A DNA stretch of 62,357 bases, filler included, from an uncultured Methanosarcinales archaeon (GCA_964405295.1; 4 parts of 4 records of this genome joined end to end with filler, not necessarily neighbours in it), one strand, 5' to 3'. Shown: positions 9,975-20,382, counted from the first letter of the whole stretch. Program-made: numbers and translations. The notes: generated by a model from the letters alone, not told the origin.

Positions 9975-12176
9975 ATGAACATAAAGCTAAAAAATTTCAA
10001 ACCAAGAGAGTATCAGGATTCAATATTTAAAACAACTACTTCTGGAAATACTTTAGTAGTTTTGCCAACAGGTTTAGGTAAAACTGCAATTGCAGTAATG
10101 CTTGTAATTCATAGACTTAAACTCTATCCAAAATCTAAAATAGTATTTTTTGCACCTACTAAACCCCTTGTTGATCAACATATTAATACTTTCAAAGCCT
10201 TGATCGATTTGCCTGAAGAAGATTTTGCAATGTTTACTGGAACAGTTAGGCCTGAAAAAAGATTGGAACTTTGGAAAAAGGCAAAGGTTATATTTAGTAC
10301 ACCTCAAGGATTTGAAAATGATATAATTTCAAATAAATTAAGTTTTAAGGATGTTTCACTGGTTGTTTTTGATGAATGTCATAGAGCTGTGAAAGATTAC
10401 AGTTATGTTTATCTTGCATCAGAATATTATAAGCAGGCAGATAATCAAAAAATTTTGGCTTTAACAGCTAGTCCTGGCAGTGATAATGAAACTGTAATGG
10501 GGGTTTTAGAAAATTTGTTTATTGATAAGATTGAATTTAGGGAAACAAATTCTCCTGATGTTAAACCATACATTAAAGAAACAGTCGTTGAACAGATTAA
10601 ACTTGAACTTCCAATAGAATTAAGAAAATTAAGAACAACACTCCAAGATTGTTTTAAATCAAAATTGATTGCAGTAAAACAATTCGGATACTTAAGTGGT
10701 AATCCTTCTTCTTATAACAAATCTTCTTTGCTTAAATTACAAGCAGCATTATATGCGAAGATGAAAGAAGATAAAAGTTTTGAAATAATGAAAGCTGTTT
10801 CTCTTCTTGCAGAAGCAGGAAAAATTCAACATGCTGTTGAGCTTGTTGAAACTCAGAGTCTCTTTTCAGTTAATACTTATTTGAAAAAGTTAGAGCAAGA
10901 GTCCCTAACTGCAAAAACAAAGGCTGTTAAAAATTTAGTTAAAGACCCAAATTTTAGACTTGCTAAAATATTATCAGAGAAGTTGTTAAATATGGGAATT
11001 GAACATCCTAAGCTTGGAAAGCTGCAATCATTGATGTGGCTTTACACAGAAGCAAATAAAGAATCAAAAATAATTATTTTTACTCAGTTTAGAGATTCTG
11101 CAATTCGGATTAAAGAATTTTTAGAGAAAGTAAATGTTTGTTCTGAATTATTTTTTGGTCAAGCAAAAAAGAATGGTATTGGTCATTCACAAAAAAAGCA
11201 GAAACAAATTATTGAGGATTTTAAAAATAATAAATTTCCTGTTCTAATTGCAACTAGTGTTGCAGAAGAAGGTCTTGATATTCCTAGTGTTAATTTGGTG
11301 ATTTTTTATGAAGCAATACCTTCTGCAATAAGAACTGTTCAGAGAAGAGGAAGAACAGGAAGGCATGATCGAGGAAGAATTATAACTTTAATAACAAAAA
11401 ATACTCGGGATGAAGCGTTTAAGTGGGTTTCTTATCATAAAGAAAAAAGAATGTATAGAATAATTGAAGATGTAAAAAAAAAGTTTACATTGAAAGTTAA
11501 ACCTAAAAAAACTTTACTTTCATTCTCAAAAGAGTTATCTGGTTTGAAAATTTATGTTGATTATAGAGAAAAGGGTAGTAAGGTTTTGAAAGAATTATCT
11601 AACAAGGGTGTTTTAATAAATTTAGATACTTTAAATGTTGGTGATTTTCTACTTTCTGATAGAACCGTTGTTGAATTTAAGTTGGTTGAAGATTTTGTTT
11701 CATCAATTATTGACAAGAGACTTTTTGAGCAAGCAACAAAATTAAAGAGACTGTATGAAAATAAAATAATTATTATTCAGGGTGATAAAGATCTTTATGC
11801 TGTAAGAAGGATTCATCCAAATGCAATAAGGGGCGCATTGGCATCATTATTGCTTAATTTTGGAATATCTGTTATTTATTCTAAAGATGCCGAAGAAACT
11901 GCGGAATTATTAATTGCACTTGCTAAAAGGGAGCAAAATGACAATTCAAGAAAATTTATCATGCATTCTTCAAAGCCATTAACAATTAAACAACAGCAAG
12001 AATTTGTTGTTTCTAGTTTTCCAGGAATCGGAAGCACTTTAAATTTACCATTACTTAAATATTTTAATTCTTTGAAAGAAATTGTGAATGCTGATGAAAA
12101 AGAATTAATGAAAATTGATCTTGTTGGCAAAATAAAAGCAAAAAGACTTTTTGAATTGTTCAATACAAAGTATTGA
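9975..12176 (+). CDS. hef: Hef/FANCM-like SF2 helicase with ERCC4 (XPF) nuclease domain
   Basis: PTGLGKT, DECH, LTASPG, EEGLDIP, QRRGRTGR; C-terminal VDYRE...GDF...VEFK and an HhH motif. Confidence 0.93.
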   Translation: MNIKLKNFKPREYQDSIFKTTTSGNTLVVLPTGLGKTAIAVMLVIHRLKLYPKSKIVFFAPTKPLVDQHINTFKALIDLPEEDFAMFTGTVRPEKRLELWKKAKVIFSTPQGFENDIISNKLSFKDVSLVVFDECHRAVKDYSYVYLASEYYKQADNQKILALTASPGSDNETVMGVLENLFIDKIEFRETNSPDVKPYIKETVVEQIKLELPIELRKLRTTLQDCFKSKLIAVKQFGYLSGNPSSYNKSSLLKLQAALYAKMKEDKSFEIMKAVSLLAEAGKIQHAVELVETQSLFSVNTYLKKLEQESLTAKTKAVKNLVKDPNFRLAKILSEKLLNMGIEHPKLGKLQSLMWLYTEANKESKIIIFTQFRDSAIRIKEFLEKVNVCSELFFGQAKKNGIGHSQKKQKQIIEDFKNNKFPVLIATSVAEEGLDIPSVNLVIFYEAIPSAIRTVQRRGRTGRHDRGRIITLITKNTRDEAFKWVSYHKEKRMYRIIEDVKKKFTLKVKPKKTLLSFSKELSGLKIYVDYREKGSKVLKELSNKGVLINLDTLNVGDFLLSDRTVVEFKLVEDFVSSIIDKRLFEQATKLKRLYENKIIIIQGDKDLYAVRRIHPNAIRGALASLLLNFGISVIYSKDAEETAELLIALAKREQNDNSRKFIMHSSKPLTIKQQQEFVVSSFPGIGSTLNLPLLKYFNSLKEIVNADEKELMKIDLVGKIKAKRLFELFNTKY

Positions 12177-12330
12177 ATGACTAATAGTTTGCTATTGTAT
12201 TTATTTAATAATAAATATAGCTAAAATAATAGATAACACTGTTATCCTCTTAAATCATACATAAACTATATAAATACCTCTAATTTCTGTGAATAAATAA
12301 TAATAATAAGTATATATTTGGAGGGTTATT

Positions 12331-13650
12331 ATGGAAGATAAAGAAGATAAAGAACTAAAAGATCATATTGTACATAAAGAGCATAAATCTGTGCATCATG
12401 ATCATGATGCTAGATCTCACAAATCTCACGAGATAAAGCACAGAATTACCAAAAGATTAAGAAGAGCAAAAAATGAGAGAATAGTATTTATTTCATTAAT
12501 TGTTATTTTGGTAGTATTGTGTATTGTTGCTTGGGCAGCAAAAGCAAATTATTCAAATTTAGACAATAATATTGATTCTTTAAATAAACTCTATGTAAAC
12601 ACTGATTCAACTGAAGCTAAAGCTGCAATAAATCAGGCTATAGCTAGTTTAGAATCTGCAAAAGTATTGTTAGGTGAAGTAACTACAACTACAGGAACAA
12701 CTACAAATTTACCAACTGGTGGTTTACAAGCTATTATTTTAAATGATATTAGGTGTAAGCAATGTGATGTTACTGGTCTTAAAACAAGTTTACAACAAGT
12801 TTTCCCAACTATTGGATTTAGAGAGTTAGACTATGCAGATGATGAGGCTAAGCAAATAATGCAAGATACAGGAATAGCATTATTACCTGCGTTATTATTT
12901 ACTAGCGATATTAAAGATGAAGTAGGTTATGATCAAATTGCTAATTATATTACTGAAGTAGGCGATTACCTTGATTTAATGATAGGTTCAAGTTTTGATC
13001 CTATTGCAGAAATTTGTGATAACTCTGTTGATGATACTGGTAATGGTTTAGCTGATTGTGATGATCCAACTTGTTCAGAAACACTTGCATGTAGAGAACT
13101 AAAAGAAAATTATCTTTCAGTTTTTATAATGAGTGATTGTCCATATGGTAAAGAAGCAGTTAAAGCTCTGGCTCCAGTTATTGAAGCAATGCCTGATTTA
13201 GATTATGAAATAAATTATATTGTAACTGATAATGGTGATGGAACTTTCCGAAGTCTTCATGGAGATTATGAAGTAGAAGAAAATATCAGACAGTTGTGTG
13301 CATTAGAAGAAGGTCAAGATAAATTCTTTGCTTACGCGCTTTGTAGAAGCGAAAACGGTGTAAGGGATGTTGATTGGAATTCTTGTGCAGATGAAGCGGA
13401 TCTTGATAAAGATGCTTTAGAGACTTGTACAACTGGTGCAAGGGGAATTGAATTGTTACAAGAAAATGCTAAGATTGCCGTTGCTTTAGGAGTAACTGGA
13501 AGCCCAACTTGGTTAGCTAACAACAGATATAAATTCTCTGGTATTACTGCAGATGTTGTTCAAAACAATGTATGTACTTATAATCCTGATTTAACAGGTT
13601 GTGAGAATATTGTTACAAGCACAGCTTCAGTTCCAGCTGGTCAGTGTTAG
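12331..13650 (+). CDS. Membrane-anchored thioredoxin-fold (DsbA/GILT-like) protein
   Basis: His-rich N-terminus, one TM helix, CKQC and CPYG motifs, GVTGSPT cis-Pro loop, Asp/Cys-rich ICDNSVDDTGNGLADCDDPTC segment. Confidence 0.7.
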   Translation: MEDKEDKELKDHIVHKEHKSVHHDHDARSHKSHEIKHRITKRLRRAKNERIVFISLIVILVVLCIVAWAAKANYSNLDNNIDSLNKLYVNTDSTEAKAAINQAIASLESAKVLLGEVTTTTGTTTNLPTGGLQAIILNDIRCKQCDVTGLKTSLQQVFPTIGFRELDYADDEAKQIMQDTGIALLPALLFTSDIKDEVGYDQIANYITEVGDYLDLMIGSSFDPIAEICDNSVDDTGNGLADCDDPTCSETLACRELKENYLSVFIMSDCPYGKEAVKALAPVIEAMPDLDYEINYIVTDNGDGTFRSLHGDYEVEENIRQLCALEEGQDKFFAYALCRSENGVRDVDWNSCADEADLDKDALETCTTGARGIELLQENAKIAVALGVTGSPTWLANNRYKFSGITADVVQNNVCTYNPDLTGCENIVTSTASVPAGQC

Positions 13651-13822
13651 TTTTTCTTTTTTTTCTTTTTTTATATTAATGAATTAGCCTTTCTCTGTGC
13701 ATTTCAAGTGATTTTAGCCTTATTTGATTCATTCTTGCTAAGTTTAGCTTTAACTATTGCACACCCAATACTGAAATCATAAGATTTATAAACAATAAAC
13801 CCCTCCTATATCTTGCTACAAA

Positions 13823-13896
13823 GCCCGACACGAGAGTAACCTTGTGGAGTTTACGGCATTAGCCAAGCAATGATGCTGGGAGTTAGTGACTCGGGC
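13823..13896 (+). ncRNA. Candidate structured ncRNA or leader upstream of dnaG (family unknown)
   Basis: GC-rich island; helices GCCCGA/UCGGGC, CACGAG/CUUGUG and CGGCAUUA/UGAUGCUG; TATA box tttataaa at 13785-13792. Confidence 0.5.
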
Positions 13897-14230
13897 AATT
13901 TATTATCATAATATCAATCGACCTTAAGAACAGGTTATTATCACATTCATTATTCACTTATTATTAAAAAACATATTAGAAAAATTTAAACTTGTTCTAA
14001 AAAGGTTAGTTAGGGTTAGTAATAACTCAAGTAGCATTCAGAATTATAAATGAATGCTTAGAAATAGTATATTATTATCATTTATTCACTTATTATTGAG
14101 TGATTCATGTATGGGGTTATGGTGGATTATAATATAATTATTATATTGTAATTGTAAACTATTTTCCGAAACTATTTCTAAGTATTATTATAATTAATAT
14201 TAAATTAAATATATATGGTGGGAGAAAAAA

Positions 14231-15505
14231 ATGGCAAAAATAGCACAAATATCTGCAAAATATATAATTCATGCAGAAACAAGTATTGAAGGAGTTGTAG
14301 ACAAACCAGATGTAATTGGCGCAGTATTTGGTCAAACAGAAGGTTTGCTTGGTTCAGATCTTGAATTGAGAGAATTACAAAAATCCGGTAGAATAGGAAG
14401 AATAGAAGTAAATTCTGAAACTGCAAATGGTAAAACAAAAGGTTCAATAATAATACCTTCATCTTTAGATAAGGCTGAAACTGCAATTGTTGCTGCTTCA
14501 TTAGAAATTATTCAAAGAATTGGCCCTTGTAACTCAGTTATTAAAGTTGTTAAAATTGAGGATATAAGAATTTCGAAAAGAAAATTTTTGATTGATAGAG
14601 CAAAACAATTACTTTCAACATTAATGAATGATGTATTGCCTGATTCACAAGAACTTAGTGATGAAGTTACTTCAAGTGTAAGAGTTATGGAAATAACTGA
14701 ATATGGAAAAGACAGATTACCTGCTGGACCAACAGTTGAAGAAAGTGACGAAGTTATTCTTGTTGAAGGAAGAGCTGATGTTCTTAATATGTTAAAACAT
14801 GGTTTTAAAAATGTTATAGCAATGAATGGCTCAAAGGTTCCACAAACAATAATTGATCTTTCAAAACATAAAACTATAATTGCATTTGTTGATGGGGACA
14901 GAGGTGGAGACTTAAATGTTTTAGAATTAACTCAAGTATCTGAAATTGATTTTGTAACAAAAGCACCTGATGGAAAAGAAGTTGAAGAATTAACTAAAAA
15001 AGAAATTCACAAAGCTCTTAGAAGTAAGATTAGTGCTGAACAGGCAAAGTTAGAATTGTCAGAGAAAAGAGATAAGAATTTGAGAACTGTAAAGTTTTCT
15101 CCTAGAAGTCAAAGAGATGCAAGACCTCAACAAAGAGATACAAGATCTAATCAATCAAGATTTCAACAAAGAGACTCTAGATCTGCACCTATTAAACCAA
15201 AAAAGAGTATTTCAGATGATGAAAAGAAAAAGTTCAGCAAAATGCTTGAAGACTTACTTGGAACAAGGGGCGCATACATTTTGGATGCAAAACTTAATGT
15301 TCTTGGAAAAGTTCCTTATACTGAACTAGGTTCAACAATGAAAAGTTTAACTTCTGGAGTATACGCAGTTGTATTTGACGGTGCAATAGATAAATTAATT
15401 TTGCAAGCTGCAGAAAGAATTAATCTTACCCATTTAATTGGAATGAGTTCAAAGGTTGGAACTATAAGGTCAAGAGTTAATGTTTTGACTATTGATGCTT
15501 TATAG
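14231..15505 (+). CDS. dnaG: Archaeal DnaG (TOPRIM; exosome-associated)
   Basis: GVVDKPDVIGAVFGQTEGLLG, LRELQKSGRIGRI, VEGRADV, FVDGDRGG. Confidence 0.96.
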   Translation: MAKIAQISAKYIIHAETSIEGVVDKPDVIGAVFGQTEGLLGSDLELRELQKSGRIGRIEVNSETANGKTKGSIIIPSSLDKAETAIVAASLEIIQRIGPCNSVIKVVKIEDIRISKRKFLIDRAKQLLSTLMNDVLPDSQELSDEVTSSVRVMEITEYGKDRLPAGPTVEESDEVILVEGRADVLNMLKHGFKNVIAMNGSKVPQTIIDLSKHKTIIAFVDGDRGGDLNVLELTQVSEIDFVTKAPDGKEVEELTKKEIHKALRSKISAEQAKLELSEKRDKNLRTVKFSPRSQRDARPQQRDTRSNQSRFQQRDSRSAPIKPKKSISDDEKKKFSKMLEDLLGTRGAYILDAKLNVLGKVPYTELGSTMKSLTSGVYAVVFDGAIDKLILQAAERINLTHLIGMSSKVGTIRSRVNVLTIDAL

Positions 15506-15716
15506 TAGTTTTATTTTTTATTTTTCTTTATTTTTTTATATTATTGAATGTTCTGTTTATCCTAAATGTTTATAAAGTAGTCTGCGTTCTCTTATTTTAG
15601 AACATTTATTGTCTGTAATTGGTATTATTTGTTTTTTGTTTATACAAGAATTTAATCTATTATTTGTCAGACTTAAAATATGTTCAATATTTTTTAATTA
15701 GTAGAGGTACAATAGA

Positions 15717-15920
15717 ATGAAATATATTAATAATTTAGTTGGTAGTTTAAGTTTAATAAGATATCATAAAAACCCAAATAAAGTGGATGTTGCTGAAAAT
15801 TATTCTTTAAAGGATATTGATATGCCTTTAAAAATATTAAATGGTGCAGATGAAGAAGTGAAAGATATTATTACAAATAAGGCTATTGCAAATAAGAAGG
15901 CTGTAAATTATTCTGCTTAA
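15717..15920 (+). CDS. Small hypothetical protein
   Basis: 67-aa ORF with a GAGGT RBS-like motif upstream; overlaps the 3' end of the convergent gene. Confidence 0.35.
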   Translation: MKYINNLVGSLSLIRYHKNPNKVDVAENYSLKDIDMPLKILNGADEEVKDIITNKAIANKKAVNYSA

Positions 15921-16428
15921 TTTTTATTATATCTTTTTTGGTAAAATTTGATTTTGTGATGATAATAGTTTTATTTTGATAAGGTTTTAAAATTTCAAGC
16001 GTTTCTTTAAATTTTGTTTTATAATATATTTTTGTAAATTTTAATAATTTAGTAAATTCTTTTAGTGTTTCTTTCTTTTTAGAATGCTCGATTCCTAATT
16101 TTCTTTTAATAAAACGTTTTGTAATTCTAAAAATTAAAGTGAAGGTACTTGGTTTCAAAACAACAATTAAATCTGCTTTTTTAAAACTAGGTTTTGTAAA
16201 TGATATAAATATTCCTTCGATTATCCATTTTTTCTTGTTTATTATATTTAATAATTTTTTATTTCGTTTAGCAGGGTTTCTTTCAATACCCATTGTTCTT
16301 TGTTTATTATCCCAAAATACATCATCTAAATCAAAATAAGGTATATTTAATTTTTTTGAAAGTTTTTTAGAAATATAACTTTTTCCGCTTCCACAGCCAC
16401 CGATTATATGTATTTTTTTAGGGTTCAT
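15883..16428 (-). CDS. FlaR / adenylate kinase-like P-loop protein
   Basis: KIHIIGGCGSGKS, DLDDVFW, WIIEG. Confidence 0.85.
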   Translation of the reverse strand: MNPKKIHIIGGCGSGKSYISKKLSKKLNIPYFDLDDVFWDNKQRTMGIERNPAKRNKKLLNIINKKKWIIEGIFISFTKPSFKKADLIVVLKPSTFTLIFRITKRFIKRKLGIEHSKKKETLKEFTKLLKFTKIYYKTKFKETLEILKPYQNKTIIITKSNFTKKDIIKIKQNNLQPSYLQ

Positions 16429-16595
16429 TAGTTATTAAAATAAAATAAGGTATATAAATGTTTAGAAATTACAGATAATGGGCGTTCAATCCGTTCTTAT
16501 TATAGGTAATATGCATTAAGGACGTATTGTTGTGCTCAACAATTTTCTGTAAGAATTCTTGGCACACAGAATGTAGGTTATTGTTATTTTCTGCA

Positions 16596-18272
16596 TTACA
16601 AATAATATGCATTCAAAACATACTGTTGTACCATTCTGTGCGTGTTAAAGAATGAGCCATTGATTGCAATGCAGTGTTGCATTATCTCAACCCAATCATC
16701 TCTTTCATTATAGAACTTAGGGAGTATAACATATTCTAATTTTGTGTACATGTCTTCAGTGTCTTCTTGGTGACTACTTTCTTTTAGATCATTTGGGTGG
16801 CTACCTATCCCCCATCCAGTTACATTCTCAATTAAACCTTCAAGCCACCAGCCGTCCAGTGTTGATAGTTGTGGAATCCCGTTGTGTGCAGCTTTCATTC
16901 CAGAGGTTCCTGAAGCTTCCATTGGTCTCTGTGGAGTATTTAGCCAGAGGTCAACACCTGCAACCAGAAGTTTTGCTTTTTCAATATCATAGTCTTCCAT
17001 GTAACAAACTTTTATTTTATTTTTAATTTGATTCATCTTAGAAATTATTTTTTTAATTATTTCTTTGCCTTTCATGTCATTAGGATGTGCTTTACCACCA
17101 TAGATTATTTGTAAGCCATTTGATTTTTCTGCAATTCGAATTAATCTTTCTGTATCTTCAAAAAGCATATCTCCTCTTTTGTATGTTGCAGATCTTCTTG
17201 CAAATCCAATTGTGAAAATATCAGGTGACATTTCTACATTATATTTTTTGTTTATGGTATCAATCAAATCTTTTTTTGATTTTAGGTGTGCATCCCAGAT
17301 TTTTTCTTTGGGAATTGCTAAAATATAACGAAGACTAAAAGGATCTGTTTGCCATGAAGGAAGATAATGATTAAATAAATCTCTAAAATGATGATTAACC
17401 CAGAAAGCAGAATGAACACCATTTGTTATTGATTCAATATGATAACCAGGAAACATTGTTCTGGAAACTTCACCATGTTTTTTTGCAACACCGTTAATGA
17501 ATTTACTAAATCTTAGCCCAAGGTAAGTCATGTTTAGGTGATTATCAATAAAAACTTCTTTTTTCATTTCTTCAGTTAGAAAATTTCCCAATAACTGTTC
17601 AGCGAGAGCTATACCAAATTGGTCGTGGCCTGCAGGGACGGGTGTGTGAGTTGTGAAAACACATTTTTTTCTTATTTCTTCAATATGATTCTCTTTATTT
17701 TGTAATCTATTCCAAAGTTCTAGTGTTAGGAGTGCAGAGTGTCCTTCGTTCATGTGATATTTTTCTAGATTATTGCATTTTATTGCGTCAAGCATTCTTA
17801 CTCCACCAATCCCTAGAATTATTTCTTGTGATAACCTATATTTTTGATCCATACCATATAGGTGATCAGTAATTTTTTTGTCCTCATCTGAATTTTCAGG
17901 AAGATCTGTGTCTAAGAATATAATTGGATTTTTATTACCTGTAACACCTTCAAGTTCATAGAGCCAGGCTTTTACTTTAACTTCTCTACCTTCTATTTTT
18001 ACAGTTATAATTTTATCTAGTGGTTTTAGTAAATTTTCTGGATGCCATTTAACATCTTCTTCAGTTTGATTTCCTTCAGAATCAATTTTTTGATGAAAGT
18101 AACCTTTTCTATAAATAAGGGTTATTCCAATAACTGGAACTTCAAGATCAGCCATACTTCTCAAAGTATCTCCTGCTAAAACACCAAGTCCTCCAGAATA
18201 AGTTGGAATATTCTCATTTATTCCAATTTCCATACTAAAGTATGCAACATGTAAATCTTCGAAGCTCACCAT
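16596..18272 (-). CDS. glgP: Alpha-glucan (glycogen/maltodextrin) phosphorylase
   Basis: AYFSMEIG, YSGGLGVLAGD, HMNEGH, FTTHTP, ITNGVH, PLP-binding EASGTSGMK. Confidence 0.95.
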   Translation of the reverse strand: MVSFEDLHVAYFSMEIGINENIPTYSGGLGVLAGDTLRSMADLEVPVIGITLIYRKGYFHQKIDSEGNQTEEDVKWHPENLLKPLDKIITVKIEGREVKVKAWLYELEGVTGNKNPIIFLDTDLPENSDEDKKITDHLYGMDQKYRLSQEIILGIGGVRMLDAIKCNNLEKYHMNEGHSALLTLELWNRLQNKENHIEEIRKKCVFTTHTPVPAGHDQFGIALAEQLLGNFLTEEMKKEVFIDNHLNMTYLGLRFSKFINGVAKKHGEVSRTMFPGYHIESITNGVHSAFWVNHHFRDLFNHYLPSWQTDPFSLRYILAIPKEKIWDAHLKSKKDLIDTINKKYNVEMSPDIFTIGFARRSATYKRGDMLFEDTERLIRIAEKSNGLQIIYGGKAHPNDMKGKEIIKKIISKMNQIKNKIKVCYMEDYDIEKAKLLVAGVDLWLNTPQRPMEASGTSGMKAAHNGIPQLSTLDGWWLEGLIENVTGWGIGSHPNDLKESSHQEDTEDMYTKLEYVILPKFYNERDDWVEIMQHCIAINGSFFNTHRMVQQYVLNAYYL

Positions 18273-18450
18273 CTTTTATGTTTCTTCAAGTTTTTTCTCT
18301 TTAAAAAATTTTGTATATAATTATGATTCTTGACAATATCATATGTATAATCTTAATATAGCTTATTCTTAAGAATAAGATATGCTCAATATGATTTATT
18401 AAATAAGAATATTGACAAAATTGATAAATTTGCTTCACTTTCTATATTAT

Positions 18451-19137
18451 ATGTTAATGAAAAGAAGATATTCAAGGTTGTACAATAAACGAATTCTTAT
18501 AATGATCAATGGATGGGGTTGTCCAACTTGGTTGTTTAGATTCATTAAGAACATTCTTCCAAAGAATTGTGGTTATATAGAGTATCATTATGATAAAAAA
18601 GAAATTTGTTCAGAACCAGAATTTTTACATAATAAAGTTGCGAGGATTGTTAGTAGAATAAAAAAAGATGTTAAAGTTCTTGACAATTTTAAGGAAAGAG
18701 AATTTTTTATGTACACTTTGAGTCTTGGTAGTATTATAGGAATGGCTGTGGCAGATTGTGTTAAAATAAAGAAGGCTGCAATGATAATACCTGTTCATGA
18801 TTTAGCTGAGGTTTTTTGGAGTCTTAAAAGGGATGACACAGAAAAGGTCAGGCAGTATTTTTTTAATAATAAATTTGATTTAGTGAAGCTTAAGAAATTA
18901 TGGTCGCAATTTTCATTTAATAACTGGTTTCAGAATAATTCTTTAAAAACAAAGTTCTTATTTAGGTTGGCTAAGAAAGATGATGTTTTAAAACCAGATT
19001 TTAAGAAAAAGTTCTTTTCACTTATGAAAAAAAGAAAAGTTAACTTTGTAGTCCAGGAGAAAGAGACTACACACAGATGGTTTGGTTTCTTTAATATTGT
19101 TTTCCCTAGTAAGACTATTAAGTTCTTGTTGGGTTAG
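18451..19137 (+). CDS. Putative alpha/beta hydrolase
   Basis: INGWG oxyanion-like loop, TLSLGS nucleophile elbow, AKKDD acid residue and C-terminal His; start position uncertain. Confidence 0.55.
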   Translation: MLMKRRYSRLYNKRILIMINGWGCPTWLFRFIKNILPKNCGYIEYHYDKKEICSEPEFLHNKVARIVSRIKKDVKVLDNFKEREFFMYTLSLGSIIGMAVADCVKIKKAAMIIPVHDLAEVFWSLKRDDTEKVRQYFFNNKFDLVKLKKLWSQFSFNNWFQNNSLKTKFLFRLAKKDDVLKPDFKKKFFSLMKKRKVNFVVQEKETTHRWFGFFNIVFPSKTIKFLLG

Positions 19138-19141
19138 TTAG

Positions 19142-19585
19142 TTATTCTTCTATCTCCTTTAGAAATTGAACAATATAACTTGCAGTTTCTTTAATTGTTT
19201 TCTGATCTCTTACTAGTGAATTAGGAATTCTTAATGTTAAATAACCTTTTTTAAAAGAATGATATGTTCTTTTCAGATCTGCCAAAGCCTGTTTTTTTGA
19301 AAAATTGTGATGTGCACCATCAACTTCTATATTTACTCCCTTTTTTACTACGGCTATATCAATATGTTTAAATCCATCCCATTGTTCCCAGGTTATTGGT
19401 GTGCCTAATTTAATTAGCTCCTCTCCTAATGCTTTTGCTTCAGGTGTGATTTTCTTATTTTTCTTATTTAAACTACTTATTGAAACTTGATGAGATCTAC
19501 ACAAAGCCATTTTAAATTTTTTCATAGAAAAATCATACTCTTCTTTTGTGATTGTGTTTTTACATTTAATACAATAATATCTCAT
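19142..19585 (-). CDS. DUF559/Vsr-like endonuclease with N-terminal Zn finger
   Basis: CxxC...CxxH finger; HIDIAV...NIEVDGAHH...KGYLTLRIPN. Confidence 0.8.
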   Translation of the reverse strand: MRYYCIKCKNTITKEEYDFSMKKFKMALCRSHQVSISSLNKKNKKITPEAKALGEELIKLGTPITWEQWDGFKHIDIAVVKKGVNIEVDGAHHNFSKKQALADLKRTYHSFKKGYLTLRIPNSLVRDQKTIKETASYIVQFLKEIEE

Positions 19586-19680
19586 ACAGTTTTTTGGGAT
19601 TTGTTATTTTATCAATTTTTTGATTTAGTTTTAATATTCTTTTCACAACTTTAATAAACACTACACTCTTCTAGTGTTTT

Positions 19681-20382
19681 ATGGCAGTTAATCGTTCGAG
19701 GGAAGAATGGAAAACCTATGCAAATGTATTTGATAAATTTACAATAAATTTGCTTAGAAAACTTTCTGCTCAAGGATACTTTGAAGAACTTGAGAGTTCT
19801 ATTGCAATGGGTAAAGAAGCAAATGTGTTTACTGCGTCAACAAAAGATGATAAAAAGGTAATTGTTAAGATTTATAGACTTGAGAATTGTAATTTTAATA
19901 AGATGCTTACTTATTTAAAGCAAGATCCAAGATATATTAATATGAGAAAAAACAGAAGAGATATAATCTTTAACTGGGTGCAGAGAGAATATCGAAATTT
20001 GCTTTTAGCAAGAGAGGTGATAAAAGTGCCAACCCCCATAGCTTTCAAGAATAATATTATTGTAATGGAATTGATTGGCGATCCAATTGCGCCTGAGTTA
20101 AGAAAAGCCATTCCTGAAAATCCGCAAGCTTTTTTAGATCAAACTCTTAAAAATATTAAGTTGTTATGGGATAAAGGGCTTGTTCATGGTGATCTAAGTG
20201 CTTTTAATATACTTAATGATTCTGAATACCCTGTTTTTATAGATTTTAGTCAAGGTACAACAACACAAAGTTATGACTCTAAAGAATTATTGGCAAGGGA
20301 CCTAAAAAACCTAAATTCATTTTTCTCAAAAGTTGACTGTTCTTTTGACGTTAAGAAAGAATATGAAAAGGTTCTAAAATAG
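19681..20382 (+). CDS. rio1: RIO1 family Ser/Thr kinase
   Basis: GKEANVF, VKIYR, REYRNL, LVHGDLSAFNIL, FIDFSQ. Confidence 0.93.
   Translation: MAVNRSREEWKTYANVFDKFTINLLRKLSAQGYFEELESSIAMGKEANVFTASTKDDKKVIVKIYRLENCNFNKMLTYLKQDPRYINMRKNRRDIIFNWVQREYRNLLLAREVIKVPTPIAFKNNIIVMELIGDPIAPELRKAIPENPQAFLDQTLKNIKLLWDKGLVHGDLSAFNILNDSEYPVFIDFSQGTTTQSYDSKELLARDLKNLNSFFSKVDCSFDVKKEYEKVLK

Noticed and set aside
13823..13896. tRNA
   Set aside because: It has an acceptor-like stem and tRNA length, but no TTCRA T-loop, D-loop GG or 7-nt anticodon loop.
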